IMG/VR virus record: IMGVR_UViG_3300012018_000002
Span: 48,766-112,765 of that record
Strand: one strand, 5' to 3'
DNA length: 64,000 nucleotides
From: a virus
Taxonomy: Duplodnaviria; Caudoviricetes
Made by a program: the position numbers and the translations under genes. The notes under the pieces were generated by a model. It was given only the letters and a program-made list of their open reading frames with translations. It searched no databases and was not told the DNA's origin. Shown here in pieces: positions 17,246 to 27,585 of this stretch. Every line of letters starts with the position of its first letter. Position 1 is the first letter of the stretch.

Positions 17246-18316
17246 ATGTCATTAAAATTAGAAACTGGGAGAAAGGTTATAGTAAGACCTAACCCAAACA
17301 TTAGACCTGTTGTTAAGTATGAAAGAGTAACAGAAAGAGATTCCCAAGGGAATGATATTACAGAACCAGATAGAGAACTTACCAGAGCACCTGGAACTAA
17401 ATTTACTTTTATGGCAAGTCCTTCAGCTTTACTAAATGGTTATCTTGCTACAGGAATGCACCACATGGTTGCTAATCCTTACAAAGACCAAAAGAATTAT
17501 AAATCAGCAGCTTGGAAAGATATTTTACATGAGAATGATGAAGTATTACTAAGCAATGTTATTGAGTATAAATTTAATAAACCAATTGGTTATTACTCTA
17601 ATGAAGTTGATTTACAAAGAGTAACACCAGTAATTCTTGCAAAAGATTTACCAAAAGAATTCAATTTCTGGCAAAGTGATTTAGCCATGTTTGATTTAGA
17701 AGATGGTGGTATGGTGCTTAACTTAGACAAAGAAAGAGATTTAATTCTTTACTATTTGTTAAAAGAAGACCCAATGTGTGCTAATAGTTATGAAGAACTA
17801 AGTCCAATGACAAGATTCTTTATTGCTGCAGAACACGAAGAAGAACAAAGAAAAGTAACAAAAGATAAGTCTATTGACATTGCATTGTCAAAACTTGTTG
17901 AAATTGACTCAGAAAGTGATTCTGATAAATTAATAAAATCATTTGGTAATGTGCTTGGTGTAAGAACTAAAGGTATTAGCAAAGAAAGAACTTATCAAGA
18001 ATTAAGTAATAGATTAAAACAAAACAAAGCTGACTTCATTACTAACTTTAATTATTATTACAAGTTATGGAAAGAACCAGCAACTAGACAAGAATTCGCT
18101 GTAAGAGCTAGATTAGTAGATTATACAGATTTTGGTGTAATTACAATGAGAGGTTCTGAATACAGTTGGTTGCCACCAAGAGATGTTGATGGAAAACAAG
18201 AACCTGAGATTACTTGGTTTAGAAGAGAAGATGTAATCAATTACTTATTAGATAAAAAATATCAAAAAGAAAGAAGCCTAATGGAGGCTCAACTAGAAGC
18301 TAAAGCTAAATATTAA
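17246..18316 (+). CDS. Conserved crAss-like protein downstream of MCP
   Basis: Synteny; FW...LEDGGMVLNL...DLILY motif. Confidence 0.7.
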   Translation: MSLKLETGRKVIVRPNPNIRPVVKYERVTERDSQGNDITEPDRELTRAPGTKFTFMASPSALLNGYLATGMHHMVANPYKDQKNYKSAAWKDILHENDEVLLSNVIEYKFNKPIGYYSNEVDLQRVTPVILAKDLPKEFNFWQSDLAMFDLEDGGMVLNLDKERDLILYYLLKEDPMCANSYEELSPMTRFFIAAEHEEEQRKVTKDKSIDIALSKLVEIDSESDSDKLIKSFGNVLGVRTKGISKERTYQELSNRLKQNKADFITNFNYYYKLWKEPATRQEFAVRARLVDYTDFGVITMRGSEYSWLPPRDVDGKQEPEITWFRREDVINYLLDKKYQKERSLMEAQLEAKAKY

Positions 18317-19059
18317 TGTTAATAGATAGAATGCATTATGAATTTGGAATCAGGTTTGACCAAGTGGATAACCAAAGCAAACCTGATTTCACACCTTTAG
18401 AAAGAGATACTTTCCTTAATAACGCTATTAGAGAGTTTATAAAAAAGAGATTTGGACTAGACCCTCAATCAAAAGTAGGATTTGAAAGTGACTCTGATAC
18501 AATTAGTGCTCTATCAACATTACACGTAGAATCTCCACAGACACAAGTAGAATTAACACCAAATAATTTAACAGATGGTATATATTCTATAAACTTGGAT
18601 GATTTAACTACTGAACCTTGGTTTATAACTAAAGTTCAAATTAGAGCAACTAAAGACAATTGTCCATCTAAAAAAATAGATTGTCGATATAAACCTATTG
18701 ATTTATTAAATGATAGGTTTTCAACACCTTCTTATAAATGGAAAAGATGTCCTTTTAGAATATCTTCAACATCTACAACAGGAAAATCAGCAATCTATAT
18801 GTTTACAGAAGATGATTTTGAAATTACATCATCTTTAGTATCCTACATAAAAAAACCAAATGTTGTTTTTATTGGTGGATATAATCAAATAGATGGACTA
18901 TATGATGCTGCTGACCCAAAAGTAAATTGTGACCTAGATGAAAATTATCATGATGAAATTGTAGATATTGCTGTTAGTTTAGCACTACGTTCTTTAGGTG
19001 ACAATAGAACACCATTATTTAAAACAGATATAATAAATAACAAACAAAAAATCAATTAA
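18316..19059 (+). CDS. Tail ring / head-tail adaptor protein
   Basis: MHYEF...D.FLN.A N-terminus and YIKKP...HDEIVDIAV C-terminus typical of crAss ring proteins. Confidence 0.75.
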   Translation: MLIDRMHYEFGIRFDQVDNQSKPDFTPLERDTFLNNAIREFIKKRFGLDPQSKVGFESDSDTISALSTLHVESPQTQVELTPNNLTDGIYSINLDDLTTEPWFITKVQIRATKDNCPSKKIDCRYKPIDLLNDRFSTPSYKWKRCPFRISSTSTTGKSAIYMFTEDDFEITSSLVSYIKKPNVVFIGGYNQIDGLYDAADPKVNCDLDENYHDEIVDIAVSLALRSLGDNRTPLFKTDIINNKQKIN

Positions 19060-19061
19060 TT

Positions 19062-20384
19062 ATGCATTCAAGTGTAAAAGTAGAAAAAATTCTTGTTGCT
19101 TCTGGAAACCAAGCTCTTGTAGCTCCAGGAACCTCATTAATTAATTCTTCTACTGGCGTATTTAACATTGCCAGTGGACAAATAGGTATCTTTGCAGATG
19201 GCAATGGAAACCTTACAAAAGATACAGCATTAGGTCCTGGAGATGACACAAATGATGCTCCTGGTATCTATATTGTTCAAGGAACAAGTGATTCTGCTGC
19301 TCCAAAAGCATCAATAGGAATTACTCCTCTTCCTATGAGAGCTGTAGAAAAATCTCAGTTTATCTTAAAAAATGGAGTATATCAATACAGAGGTGCTTCT
19401 TATGCTGCTCCTACTCATTCAACTTGGGTTATTGGTAGAAAAGATGGAACTTCTGGACAGATTAACGTAAGCTCAGAAAAAAGATATTCTTTTAGTATCG
19501 CTTTTGATGGTAGGAGAGTAGACGTATTAAATGGTAGAAATCAACCAGCTTTCTATCCTGACTTTACAACTCCTGATTTTACAGAAGAAGGAATTACAAC
19601 TACTGTAACAAAAAGAGATTACTTGCTAACTTATTTAGCTTTTGCAGCTAATCAGGAATCAAGACTTTATCCTGGTAATCCTGGTGGTGGAGACTTTATT
19701 TGTCTTGCTATTAGTGAAACAGGAACAGGTTCAGGAACTGCAATTTCTGGTATGTCAGCAGGAAATTATAACATTGGATATGATGGTAATGGTAATGTTA
19801 TTACTGTAGCTTTTACTGCAGATATGGTTACTTCATTAAAAGAAGCTATCGTAGCTAATGGTGGTCCTTTGGATAACACTTCAGAGCTTGTAACTTATAA
19901 CAAAGCTACTGCAGGTGGAGGAACTACTCAAGTAGATGTATTAGCTTTCATGGCTTTAGATTCTCCTACTGCTTATTTTGATAGAATTCCTCAAGTTAAG
20001 TCAAGACTTAAAGTTGGACCAGTTGAAGGATTTAACTCATTAGTTTATAAATCAGAAGTATGTAAAGCATACGAAGGTGAAGGAATTGGTAGAGCTTGGA
20101 AAATCTTCTATGAATCTACTGATGAATTAAGAAAATTTGCTTCTGAGCAATCTCCTTCTGCATATGCAATTCAATATAGTTCACCAATTGCGGGAACAGA
20201 AACTTTTGATGCATATACAATTTATCATGCTCAACCTGATTTTGCAACTAATGGTGCAAAAACTGAACATCCTTGTATGACTATTATTCTAAATCCTGTA
20301 GGAGATACAACTACTACAGCAGCTTTGGAAGCAGTTCTTAATCCTTGGATGATTTCTGCAGGTCAATTAGCCGTTAACCTTTAA
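19062..20384 (+). CDS. Auxiliary capsid-like structural protein
   Basis: Synteny after the ring protein, beta/Gly/Thr-rich, YEGEGIG motif. Confidence 0.65.
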   Translation: MHSSVKVEKILVASGNQALVAPGTSLINSSTGVFNIASGQIGIFADGNGNLTKDTALGPGDDTNDAPGIYIVQGTSDSAAPKASIGITPLPMRAVEKSQFILKNGVYQYRGASYAAPTHSTWVIGRKDGTSGQINVSSEKRYSFSIAFDGRRVDVLNGRNQPAFYPDFTTPDFTEEGITTTVTKRDYLLTYLAFAANQESRLYPGNPGGGDFICLAISETGTGSGTAISGMSAGNYNIGYDGNGNVITVAFTADMVTSLKEAIVANGGPLDNTSELVTYNKATAGGGTTQVDVLAFMALDSPTAYFDRIPQVKSRLKVGPVEGFNSLVYKSEVCKAYEGEGIGRAWKIFYESTDELRKFASEQSPSAYAIQYSSPIAGTETFDAYTIYHAQPDFATNGAKTEHPCMTIILNPVGDTTTTAALEAVLNPWMISAGQLAVNL

Positions 20385-20395
20385 TCTTTTTTAAT

Positions 20396-20761
20396 ATGAA
20401 TGTAAGAACAATTTCTGTAATTTACGATGGTTCTATTGATGGCTATGCCCAAGGAACTATTACACCTAGACATACAAAGACTCTTCCTAAGAATGCAAGA
20501 GTTACTGCAGTAAGAACAATCTCTGATGTTGATATGACATCTGGTGGTTCTGCTACTTTAGAACTTTTATGTGGTGCAATTAGCTTAGTTTCTGCTTTAG
20601 CTTATAACAACGCTGACTGGACAACTACTACAAGGTCTCTAGCATTAGCAGGTTCTGCAGAAGCTATTGATATTACTACAGCAGGTCAAATTAAAGTAGC
20701 TGTTGCTACTGCTGATTTAACTGCAGGTAAAGTAAGATTCTTTATTGACTACGTAGTTTAA
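20396..20761 (+). CDS. Putative capsid decoration / small jelly-roll structural protein
   Basis: LPKNARVT...TADLTAGKVRFFIDY pattern. Confidence 0.55.
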   Translation: MNVRTISVIYDGSIDGYAQGTITPRHTKTLPKNARVTAVRTISDVDMTSGGSATLELLCGAISLVSALAYNNADWTTTTRSLALAGSAEAIDITTAGQIKVAVATADLTAGKVRFFIDYVV

Positions 20762-20782
20762 TAATAAACAAATTTGCTAACT

Positions 20783-20828
20783 AAAAGGCAGACAGGCTCT
20801 CTTATTGAGGTGTGTGTCTGCCTTTTTT
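20783..20828 (+). terminator. Rho-independent terminator (bidirectional-type)
   Basis: AAAAGGCAGACA...TGTCTGCCTTTTTT. Confidence 0.8.
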
Positions 20829-20840
20829 AATAACTAAAAA

Positions 20841-21395
20841 ATGGATAAACTTTATATTGGTAAAAACATTGATGTAAGTGGTGCAACTTCTCGCTTATTC
20901 AAAAACAGTGAAACAAAAATTGAATTGGTTTCTACTGTTCAAACAATCTTAGAAGAAAATGGGGTATCTACTCCTAAATTTGATGTAATCTCAGAACTTA
21001 ATGCCGCAGAAGGTGTTACTGCAGATGGTGTTCTTTTTAAAGACGGTGGAGTTAGTGCAAACTCAATGTATGCAGCTTTCTTTCCTACAGCAGCAGCTCA
21101 AGCTTTAACAGGAGCAGGTGCATGTAACGTAACTTCTTATTTAACTAAGTTTACATCTTCAGGAGCAGCACAAGCTTTGACTCTTGCTTCTGGAACTCAA
21201 ATTGGTCAAAGAAAAAAAGTAGTTCACGTATCAGATGGTGGTTCAGGTGTTTTGACAGCAGTATTTACTGGTGGAACAACTATTACCTTCACTACTGTAG
21301 GTGAATTTGCAGATTTAATGTGGACAGGTTCTGAATGGTCAGTTCTTGAATTGGGTAATACCGCAACTCCTGGAACTCCTCCTGTATTAGCATAA
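20841..21395 (+). CDS. Putative head/tail fibre protein
   Basis: Ala/Gly/Thr-rich, C-terminal beta domain (LTLASGTQIGQ...LMWTGSEW). Confidence 0.55.
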   Translation: MDKLYIGKNIDVSGATSRLFKNSETKIELVSTVQTILEENGVSTPKFDVISELNAAEGVTADGVLFKDGGVSANSMYAAFFPTAAAQALTGAGACNVTSYLTKFTSSGAAQALTLASGTQIGQRKKVVHVSDGGSGVLTAVFTGGTTITFTTVGEFADLMWTGSEWSVLELGNTATPGTPPVLA

Positions 21396-21420
21396 TTCAT
21401 TAAGGTTAATAATTAACATA

Positions 21421-21678
21421 ATGAACTTAATAAAAAAAATTGACTATTTTTGTATGAATAACCTAGATGTAAAATTTGCATTTTTATCACTTGTAAGTTA
21501 TACAGTAAGTAAAGTAACAGGTTTTGTATCAGCTACAGCTAGTATTAATTTGAAAGATACTTGGCATTTTCAAGCATTGCAAGAACTAGCTTTTTTAGCT
21601 GCTATAGTTTCAACTATTATTGCTGCATTATCTTTTCATAAAAATGTGATAAAGAAATCTAAGAAAAAAAATGAGTAA
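21421..21678 (+). CDS. Small membrane protein (holin-like)
   Basis: Two hydrophobic segments and a very basic C-terminus. Confidence 0.5.
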   Translation: MNLIKKIDYFCMNNLDVKFAFLSLVSYTVSKVTGFVSATASINLKDTWHFQALQELAFLAAIVSTIIAALSFHKNVIKKSKKKNE

Positions 21679-22870
21679 ATACTTTAGAAATATTAGTGGA
21701 GATGAAGAAGATTCTCTTTGGATACCAACTAATGTTGGTAGATATGCTTCAACTCTTGATGAGAATAAGTGGATTGACCTTGATGCAAGATTTGCAAGGG
21801 TAGGCACTGAATACACAGGAGTTGAAGGTTCTGTTATTTTTGTAGGTGAAGATACTTACCTTGATGAAGATAATCCATATTTTTTCTACGATAAAACAAA
21901 TAACAGAGTAGGTCTTGGAGTTAATTCAGGACTTACTGCAAGATTAAATTTTCTTTCAGGAACTACAGCAGCAGCAGGGATTGCATTTGGTTCAGACGTA
22001 ACTTTATACAGATTTGCTGCTGATATCCTGAAGACAGATGATACTTTTGAAGTAGGGGCAAATTTTAGATTTCCTAATACAACTACCCTTGGTGCTAATG
22101 GAGTATTCTATAAAGCAGGAACAAGATTTTTACATGCCTATGGAACAAACAATATATTCCTGGGTCAAGGTTCAGGTAATTTTACATTATCTGGAGGTTC
22201 AGGAAGTAATATAGGTATTGGAACTAATACTTTAATTGCATTAACTTCTGGACAATTTAATATTGTAATAGGGACAAATAATGGTCAATCATTAACTACA
22301 GGTAGTTCAAATACATTAATTGGATTACAGTGTGGAAGATATATAACTGGTAGTTATAATACTGCATTAGGAGATGGTGCACTGTATGGAGTAATTGGTT
22401 CTAATACAGCAGCTTCCAATGTTGCTATTGGTAGAAATATTGGAAACTTAGTAACTACAGCAGCTAATAATACTGTTGTAGGAACATCTGCAGCAGAAGG
22501 ATTAACTACTGGAAGTAATAATGTTTTTATAGGATTTCAAGTAGCTAATGAAACAGGTGTTACAGGAAGTAATAATATTGTAATTGGTTATGATATAGAT
22601 TTACCAACAGTATCTACATCAAACTATTTATCAATTGGTAATATTATTTATGGAACAGTAAACACAGGACAAGTATCGGTTGGGGTTAGTTCTCAAGTTG
22701 CTTCTGCTATTTTACAAGTAGATTCTACTGTAAGAGGATTCCTTCCTCCAAGAATGACAACTGCTCAAAGAAATGCTATATCTGCACCAGAAGAAGGATT
22801 AGAAGTATATGACTTAACATTACATAAAAAATTTGTATATGATGGAACAACCTGGCAAGGATGCTGGTAA
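21671..22870 (+). CDS. Tail fibre with YadA/Hep-Hag-like beta-roll repeats
   Basis: About ten 14-aa repeats of the NxxIG type; C-terminal RGFLPPRMTTAQRNAI...YDGTTW module. Confidence 0.75.
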   Translation: MSKYFRNISGDEEDSLWIPTNVGRYASTLDENKWIDLDARFARVGTEYTGVEGSVIFVGEDTYLDEDNPYFFYDKTNNRVGLGVNSGLTARLNFLSGTTAAAGIAFGSDVTLYRFAADILKTDDTFEVGANFRFPNTTTLGANGVFYKAGTRFLHAYGTNNIFLGQGSGNFTLSGGSGSNIGIGTNTLIALTSGQFNIVIGTNNGQSLTTGSSNTLIGLQCGRYITGSYNTALGDGALYGVIGSNTAASNVAIGRNIGNLVTTAANNTVVGTSAAEGLTTGSNNVFIGFQVANETGVTGSNNIVIGYDIDLPTVSTSNYLSIGNIIYGTVNTGQVSVGVSSQVASAILQVDSTVRGFLPPRMTTAQRNAISAPEEGLEVYDLTLHKKFVYDGTTWQGCW

Positions 22871-23048
22871 TATAACAGTAGAACAAGCCAAATTATTTCT
22901 TGAAGAAGAAAGAAAGATTAGATTAAACGAAGCTATAAAAGCTTTAGATGAATTAAAAAGAAAATATAGTGTAGATATTGATGTAGTAATATCATACAAT
23001 CCAGAAGATGGATTTAAGAAAAATTTAATTTTAATTGACAAACTATGA
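22839..23048 (+). CDS. Hypothetical protein
   Basis: ATG at 22839 or 22842; ATGA-coupled to the next gene. Confidence 0.55.
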   Translation: MMEQPGKDAGNITVEQAKLFLEEERKIRLNEAIKALDELKRKYSVDIDVVISYNPEDGFKKNLILIDKL

Positions 23049-24637
23049 TGACAGGATTTAATGGAGAAAACTGGTTTGATGCACAAGATGAATTATCTAA
23101 ACAATGGGTAATTGATGCAATACCAGAAGGTAAAACTTTTACTTTAAGATTTAGAGCTGACAAGCCAGATGTTAAAGCAGAAGATGTATATAAACTTATT
23201 GATTTAAGTGATTCATTTAAAAGAGCTAATAAATTCTTAAAAGTAATTTATTGTGCTAATATTGGTTATCCTACAAGTTCTGTAGAGACAGAGATGACTA
23301 ATTTAAGTTTTTTAAAAGAAGCAGGTGTAGATGTAGTAGCTGTTGAATTTGGTAATGAGGTATATGCAGGTAGTAGAGCAAACTTTGATTTTAATTTATA
23401 TAAAATCTGGTTTGAACCACTAAGAGTAGAAATTGAAAATGAATATCCTGGTTTACCTTGTTTAGTATTCTTAGCACCTAGAGCTAAAGATTCTGGTGTA
23501 TTAGGAGGAAGAACAGACCACAAAGATTTTAACGATGCTGCTATTACCTATATAAATAGTAAATCTAATTTACATCCAACAGTGCACATCTATCTTAATG
23601 ATAGAGAGTGTCCAGTTAGTGTAACTTCTCCAGAGAAGATTACATATGAACCTGGTGTAGAATATCCTGCTTTGACAGAATATTATACAACATTGCTAAA
23701 TCAAGCAATTGAAAATTTAGATAATTTATGGGAAAGCACATTAAATTATATAACAACAAAATGTCCTGGTAAACAACTTTACATTACAGAATGGGGATTT
23801 GATAATTATGGTGATATTAAAAACACTATGTCCACTGGAATTGTTGCTTGGATAATCTGGAATAAATATGGTAGAGATAGTAGAATAACTGCTTTACTAC
23901 AACATAATGGTATATCAAAAGCTGGTCCAGGAATGATATTTCCTGTTCATCCTAAGAATGATACACCAGAACCTAATGGAGGATTAAATAAAAGAAGAAT
24001 TGATTATTTTGTTTATCAGTTATATAGAGAGTTAGATGATTACACACAGTCTAATGTTTCTATTCTTTATCCTGGTAAATACTATTCAATAATGGAAAAT
24101 ACCCCTTCATTAATAGATGACAAACTAGTAATTACTTCATCTAAAACACGAATAATAGGTGGACAATTTATTTACTCTTCTGCTGGTGCTACTGAATGGA
24201 TGGCAAAAAACTCAACTCCTAGCTATGAAGTTAGTGGTATATCTGATACATTAAACTTTGTTATTATATCATATACTACTTATGAAGTTAGTCAGGTGTT
24301 ACCTGTAAATGTTCCACCAGTAGCAATTGTTAGTGGAATTACTAAATGTTATGAAGGAGATAAAATAAGCTTTTCAGGACAAAATTCATTTGATGATGAT
24401 GGTAGTATAGTTGATTATACTTGGTATGATTACAAAGGTGCTGTTGTTTCTAATAGTGTAACTTGTAATGTAACTGCTCCTTCTGCTGGAACTTACTCTT
24501 ATTTATTAGTAGTTACTGATAATCAAGGAGCTAAAGGTAATGCAAATATAGAAGTAGTAGTAACTAAAAAACCAATTGTTAAACCTAGACCTTGGTATTG
24601 TTCAGTGTTTCCTTGGTTAAAATCTTGTAAAGTATGA
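23045..24637 (+). CDS. Clan GH-A glycoside hydrolase with C-terminal PKD domain
   Basis: Acid/base VEFGNEVY, nucleophile LYITEWG; PKD-type PPVA...SFDDDGSIVDYTW...GTYSYLLVVTDNQGA. Confidence 0.75.
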   Translation: MMTGFNGENWFDAQDELSKQWVIDAIPEGKTFTLRFRADKPDVKAEDVYKLIDLSDSFKRANKFLKVIYCANIGYPTSSVETEMTNLSFLKEAGVDVVAVEFGNEVYAGSRANFDFNLYKIWFEPLRVEIENEYPGLPCLVFLAPRAKDSGVLGGRTDHKDFNDAAITYINSKSNLHPTVHIYLNDRECPVSVTSPEKITYEPGVEYPALTEYYTTLLNQAIENLDNLWESTLNYITTKCPGKQLYITEWGFDNYGDIKNTMSTGIVAWIIWNKYGRDSRITALLQHNGISKAGPGMIFPVHPKNDTPEPNGGLNKRRIDYFVYQLYRELDDYTQSNVSILYPGKYYSIMENTPSLIDDKLVITSSKTRIIGGQFIYSSAGATEWMAKNSTPSYEVSGISDTLNFVIISYTTYEVSQVLPVNVPPVAIVSGITKCYEGDKISFSGQNSFDDDGSIVDYTWYDYKGAVVSNSVTCNVTAPSAGTYSYLLVVTDNQGAKGNANIEVVVTKKPIVKPRPWYCSVFPWLKSCKV

Positions 24638-24819
24638 CTTTAAAATTATCACGTAGAGAAAGAATGACTTATATAGGATTAGTATTAATCCTTGCATTTG
24701 GTGTAGTTGCTATGTTTAAAGATTGTTCTTTGATAGAAGCAACTGCATTTACTTCTCCTTTAATTGGTATGTTAGGTTGGTATCTAAAATTAGAGACTGA
24801 CCGTAAATCTGATATATAA
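24634..24819 (+). CDS. Small two-TM membrane protein (holin-like)
   Basis: Two hydrophobic helices in 61 aa; coupled at both ends. Confidence 0.55.
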   Translation: MTLKLSRRERMTYIGLVLILAFGVVAMFKDCSLIEATAFTSPLIGMLGWYLKLETDRKSDI

Positions 24820-25394
24820 TGGCATTAATAGCAAAATCAACAGTATCTTTATCTTGTGATGGTGAATCTTTTTTATTCACTGAAACTACAGGTGCATATA
24901 ATGTAAGCACTAATCCTGGGGGATATGGTGCACCAAATGCTGCATTAGCAGATTGCACAGCTACTTTAGTAATAACTAATGATAGCACTGATGTAGAATA
25001 TGATAGTATTACAATGACACCTTCAAGCTCAAATGGAGCTACTTTAATTGAGCTTGAAGATATTTTATTAGATGGTGTAGAGTTAACTGCTATTGAAGAT
25101 GGCGTATGGAAGTTTCTTTATACTGTGACAAGTGCTTCAGTTAATTATACATCTGAAGTAAAAGTATTGGTTATTAAATCAATAAACTGTAGTTTAGTAG
25201 AACTTGCTCATAAATATTCTGATGATTCTTGTGGTTGTTGTAATAATAAAGATTTTAGAGATTATTTACTAACTGCTTATGCTAAATGGTTAGCTTTAAC
25301 TATGTCACCTATTTGTGGTGATGTAGCAAAAATAGATACACAAAGAGAATCCTTAGAAGATTATCTTAAAGAAATAAATTGTAAAAATTGTTAA
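24819..25394 (+). CDS. Conserved tail/hub-like structural protein, Cys-rich C-terminus
   Basis: TGAYNVSTNPGGYG motif; CGCC and CKNC. Confidence 0.55.
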   Translation: MALIAKSTVSLSCDGESFLFTETTGAYNVSTNPGGYGAPNAALADCTATLVITNDSTDVEYDSITMTPSSSNGATLIELEDILLDGVELTAIEDGVWKFLYTVTSASVNYTSEVKVLVIKSINCSLVELAHKYSDDSCGCCNNKDFRDYLLTAYAKWLALTMSPICGDVAKIDTQRESLEDYLKEINCKNC

Positions 25395-25395
25395 T

Positions 25396-25983
25396 ATGTG
25401 CTTAGATTGCGGATGTAATTCAATAACTATAAACTCAGGAGCTACTGGAGCTGCTGGTCCTGCAGGAGCTGATGGTGCTCCTGGTGTAGTAATTTTAACT
25501 AGAGATACTACTGCTTATACAACAGCTAGTTCAGCTTCATTTGAAGCATTATGGTCATATACTATTGCTGCTGATACATTAGAAGCTAATGGTGATGAAG
25601 TATGGTATAAGATTAGTGCTAAAGCAGGTGACTCTTCTGTAGGTGTATTTGATGAGTTTAAAATCAAATTCAATGGAACAGCTTTAACTAACCCTACTAC
25701 TTCTTATATTGGAGCATTAACTTCTACTTATAAAGCACCTTATGTGTCAAGTGAGTTATTAACTATTACAGTAAGAATAGTTAGATTAAGTGCTACTACA
25801 GTTAGAATATTTCTTTATCTTGAAGCTAATTATGGTAACTCAAGACAAGACTTATATGCTACTTCAACAGCAGCAAATAACTTAGATAGTTCTACTAATA
25901 GTATAGCATTGGAAGTTTCTAGTGCTGATACTGCAGGAAGTATAGTAGTATATGACCAAGTAATTTATAAATTAATACAATAA
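25396..25983 (+). CDS. Fibre protein with a short collagen-like segment
   Basis: N-terminal CLDCGC, then GATGAAGPAGADGAPG. Confidence 0.6.
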   Translation: MCLDCGCNSITINSGATGAAGPAGADGAPGVVILTRDTTAYTTASSASFEALWSYTIAADTLEANGDEVWYKISAKAGDSSVGVFDEFKIKFNGTALTNPTTSYIGALTSTYKAPYVSSELLTITVRIVRLSATTVRIFLYLEANYGNSRQDLYATSTAANNLDSSTNSIALEVSSADTAGSIVVYDQVIYKLIQ

Positions 25984-27047
25984 TGCTTAACTCAAAAACT
26001 TTAGCTTTAACTACTTCAACTGCATTACTTGCACATGAAGTAAATATAACATATTATACTACTTGTTCATTGAATTTAAATGGACAAGGACATATTGCTA
26101 TTACAGCATCTGGAACTCCTAAAGAGGGAACAGTAAATACTTTTATATGTAATTTCTCTACAACTAACTATTCAGAAGGTGTAGATGACATTACTTTTTA
26201 TGGATTTACTTTACCTGCAGAATTAGCAGCTAAAACTTTTTATGTTGTAGCTTCTTATAATGCTGCTGCTTGGAGAGTAATGTTTTTACCTTCCCTTCAG
26301 AACACAGGATTAATAGATACAGGATTATTAGCTAGTGATGCAGTAACCACTGTTAAAATAGATGATGATGCAGTAACTACAGCTAAGATATTAGATGCAA
26401 ATGTAACTACAGCTAAGATTGCTGATGATAATGTTACACTTGCAAAAATACAAGATATTGCTGATGATACTATTTTAGGTAATGTTTCAGGTGGTTCATC
26501 TTCTCCTGCTGCTTTAGATGCAGAAGATGTTAGAACTTTATTAGACCAAGATGTTACTCTAACAGGACATGTTACTGGTACAGCTACACAGACTTTTGCA
26601 ACAGGAGATACTTCTATATCTACTACTATTAGTAATAATACTATTACAGTAGCTATGTGTACTAATACAGTTAATACTGATTTAGTAACTATTCCAATAT
26701 CTTTAGAATCTAACGCTTTAACTGCTGGAGATGCTTACATAGCCGTTAAAGTTCCGTATGCTTGTACAGTAGAAGAATGGGGTTTCTCAGTAACTTCTTT
26801 AATAGAAGCTACAGATAATGCTACTATATCTTTATATAATACAGCCGGTACTTTAATGGGAAGTTCATCAGTAACAGTAACTAAAAATACTAAACCTTCA
26901 ACTTCTGCTGCTGGTGGTTCCTTTTTTAACTCTTCTAGTATAACCTCTAATAACAGTGTTTCTACTGGTAATATATTTTATATAAGAGTGCAGAAGACTA
27001 CTGCTGGAGGTCAAGGATTTGCTAATATTAAAATTAAACGAGCTTAA
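25983..27047 (+). CDS. Tail fibre protein with 10-aa VTTAKI repeats
   Basis: DAVTTVKI/DAVTTAKI/ANVTTAKI/DNVTLAKI shaft repeats and a C-terminal beta head. Confidence 0.7.
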   Translation: MLNSKTLALTTSTALLAHEVNITYYTTCSLNLNGQGHIAITASGTPKEGTVNTFICNFSTTNYSEGVDDITFYGFTLPAELAAKTFYVVASYNAAAWRVMFLPSLQNTGLIDTGLLASDAVTTVKIDDDAVTTAKILDANVTTAKIADDNVTLAKIQDIADDTILGNVSGGSSSPAALDAEDVRTLLDQDVTLTGHVTGTATQTFATGDTSISTTISNNTITVAMCTNTVNTDLVTIPISLESNALTAGDAYIAVKVPYACTVEEWGFSVTSLIEATDNATISLYNTAGTLMGSSSVTVTKNTKPSTSAAGGSFFNSSSITSNNSVSTGNIFYIRVQKTTAGGQGFANIKIKRA

Positions 27048-27310
27048 TGGCGCAGATAATCTGGTATTTAAAAATTCAAGATAATTTAGTTAAGTATAAA
27101 GATAGATTCTTTAAACCTACTAAATACTTAAATTTAAAGGAATACATTGAAGATATTGCAGGTAGCGCATTAGGAACTAATGTAAATGTGACTAGTGGAA
27201 CTATTACTTCTAATTATTCATTATCTGCAGGACATACAATGAGAATTACTACAGCTAAAACAACTGCTGGTGGTAAAGGGTTATTGTCAATTAAAGTTCA
27301 AAGAACATAA
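27047..27310 (+). CDS. Chimeric remnant ORF; C-terminus paralogous to that of the upstream fibre
   Basis: ITSNYSLSAGHTMRITTAKTTAGGKGLLSIKVQRT versus upstream ITSNNSVSTGNIFYIRVQKTTAGGQGFANIKIKRA. Confidence 0.6.
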   Translation: MAQIIWYLKIQDNLVKYKDRFFKPTKYLNLKEYIEDIAGSALGTNVNVTSGTITSNYSLSAGHTMRITTAKTTAGGKGLLSIKVQRT

Positions 27311-27585
27311 TGGAACAACAGGGAATAATTGATTTTGATTTTAATAATGAAGAAAGTAGTGTTGAGTTTGTATTAAGAGCAATTAATGTTACTCCTTTAA
27401 ATTTTAATTATATTAATTTTCTTTCTGTAAGTAATGATGACCATGATACAGAAGATAGTATCGTAGAACAAATAAAAATAGAAATAAAACAAATAAGAAA
27501 TAATACTATAACATTAATAGCTTTTGCACCAAATCAAGCTTCTAATGTTTATAGTTTTAAATATACTTTAAACTATGGCGATTAA
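27310..27585 (+). CDS. Hypothetical small beta protein
   Basis: TAATG-coupled ORF. Confidence 0.6.
   Translation: MEQQGIIDFDFNNEESSVEFVLRAINVTPLNFNYINFLSVSNDDHDTEDSIVEQIKIEIKQIRNNTITLIAFAPNQASNVYSFKYTLNYGD

Noticed and set aside
26330-26470. 30-bp tandem DNA repeats
   Set aside because: Explained by the 10-aa VTTAKI fibre-shaft repeats
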